The position numbers were made by a program, and so were the translations under genes. Shown here in pieces: positions 62,732-64,000 of a stretch of 64,000 nucleotides of DNA; position 1 is the stretch's first letter; each line of letters opens with the position of its first letter. The notes beneath the pieces are model-generated. The model was given only the letters and a program-made list of their open reading frames with translations. It was not told the origin of the DNA and did not search any database. Source of the stretch: Spirochaetia bacterium (GTDB taxonomy: Bacteria; Spirochaetota; Spirochaetia; UBA9216); assembly GCA_963677925.2 (NCBI GenBank), contig CAXXYH010000003.1, forward strand, positions 1,952,001-2,016,000, read 5' to 3'.

Positions 62732-63822
62732 AAATTATTTTTGTAAAAAGAAAGGCCTATTCCGCTCCGGCTACAGTTCTTACACCGGTAATCTCATTTG
62801 CAGTTTCACTCATTCTTACGGCAGTAATGCTCGGGATTTTTGACATAAACCCGTTTATAACATTTTCGGCAATGCTCCGCGGAGCATTCGGTTCAATGCG
62901 TGACTTCAGTGAAACACTGGTCAAGGCAATTCCGCTTATGCTTGCAAGCCTCGGAGTTTCAATTGCCTTCAGACTGAAATTCTGGAATATCGGAGCAGAA
63001 GGACAGATTGTTTTCGGAGGCATAGCCGCGGCCTGGGTTGCGCTTTTCTGGTCGTCCTGGCTTCCGCCCTTTCTGCTTCTGCCGGTTACGCTGATAATCG
63101 GAGCCGCAGCAGGCGGACTGTGGGCGGGCATTCCTGCACTGTTGAAGATAAAACTGAAAACCGATGAGACCCTCACGACTCTGATGCTCAACTACATCGC
63201 AATACTTATCTATGACGGAATATACCACGGCCCATGGAGAGACCCCGAAGGTTTCGGGTTCCCGGGTTCCGCAAAGTTTCCTGAAGCCGCGTGGCTGCCC
63301 CGTTTTTACGGAAGGGCGCATGCGGGACTTTTCCTTGCCCTGATAATCGCAGTACTGCTTTGGTTTGTGGTTTACAAGACCCGCTGGGGCTTTGAACTGC
63401 AGATGATCGGAAAAAACCGTAGGGCGGCAAGGGTACTTGGTGTAAGCATAGAACGGAATATAATGCTGGCCCTGCTGGTATCGGGTGCTGTAGCCGGACT
63501 TGCCGGAGCCACTGAGGTAACCGGAATAGCCCGAAGGCTGCAGCAGGGTCTTTCCCTCGGTTACGGGTATACAGCAATAATTATTGCCTGGATGAGTCAG
63601 CTCAACCCCATTGCCTGTATTTTCACTTCAGTGGTAATGGCCGGACTTCTGGTCGGAGGCGACAGCGTTCAGATTATGATGCAGCTGCCGGCTGCGATGG
63701 GACAGGTTATGCAGGGAATGATACTCTTTCCGATACTTGCCGGTTCGGTATTCACTGACTACAGGCTGAAAATCATCAGAAGCAGGGCATCGGACAATAA
63801 AAGTATGGAGGCTTCAGAATGA
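62728..63822 (+). CDS. Nucleoside ABC transporter permease
   Basis: NIGAEGQ, TLMLNYIA, T.WGFEL...G.N, GYG.TAIIIA. Confidence 0.92.
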   Translation: MKIIFVKRKAYSAPATVLTPVISFAVSLILTAVMLGIFDINPFITFSAMLRGAFGSMRDFSETLVKAIPLMLASLGVSIAFRLKFWNIGAEGQIVFGGIAAAWVALFWSSWLPPFLLLPVTLIIGAAAGGLWAGIPALLKIKLKTDETLTTLMLNYIAILIYDGIYHGPWRDPEGFGFPGSAKFPEAAWLPRFYGRAHAGLFLALIIAVLLWFVVYKTRWGFELQMIGKNRRAARVLGVSIERNIMLALLVSGAVAGLAGATEVTGIARRLQQGLSLGYGYTAIIIAWMSQLNPIACIFTSVVMAGLLVGGDSVQIMMQLPAAMGQVMQGMILFPILAGSVFTDYRLKIIRSRASDNKSMEASE

Positions 63823-64000
63823 TAGCCATAATAGCATCAGTACTGGCTATTACACTGAAGGCCGGTACTTCACTTATATATGCAACAATCGGAGAGATAT
63901 ACTCCGAGAAATCGGGTGTGCTTAACCTCGGTGTTGAAGGGACTATGCTGATGGGGGCGGTGACTTCCTTTGCGGTTTCCTACTACACACAGAATCTTTT
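63819..64000 (+). CDS. Second ABC permease, N-terminal fragment (3' truncated by window)
   Basis: MIAIIASVLAITLKAGTSLIYATIGEIYSEKSGVLNLGVEGTMLMGA; ATG overlaps upstream stop. Confidence 0.88.
   Translation, partial: MIAIIASVLAITLKAGTSLIYATIGEIYSEKSGVLNLGVEGTMLMGAVTSFAVSYYTQNL

Noticed and set aside
1-64000. CRISPR arrays, tRNA/rRNA genes, IS elements, prophage
   Set aside because: No spaced repeats, cloverleafs, transposase, integrase or phage genes seen; intergenic gaps are short and largely explained.

Overview
Gene-dense chromosomal segment, most likely from a free-living spirochaete (inferred from a mtEF-G1/spdEFG1-type fusA outside the str operon, a TatT/TatP TRAP system, mnmE-mnmG-rsmG away from dnaA, and many lipoproteins). 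It is mostly housekeeping and envelope genes: ftsK, uppP, two lytic transglycosylases, mnmEG-rsmG, alr, pepT, a TPAT transporter, leuS, an aroF-pheA fusion, carD-ispD-ispF-nth, an MCP, fusA, an FMN-riboswitch-controlled ribD-ribE-ribBA-ribH operon, a diguanylate cyclase, a hybrid adenylate cyclase, and a purine PRTase plus BMP-type ABC transporter. I saw no tRNA, rRNA, CRISPR array, transposase or integrase. Best leads: (1) a four-gene exported-protein operon built from LPP20/CsgG/FlgT-like and beta-barrel modules; (2) a membrane protein joining an Hsp70 substrate-binding-like domain to LysM; (3) repeated promoter geometry implying leaderless mRNAs; (4) a RecA/KaiC-like ATPase coupled to fusA; (5) a cyclase with degenerate kinase and receiver modules. 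A cluster of about a dozen indels at 20.1-23.2 kb is probably sequencing error. All domain calls were made by eye, with no database searches.
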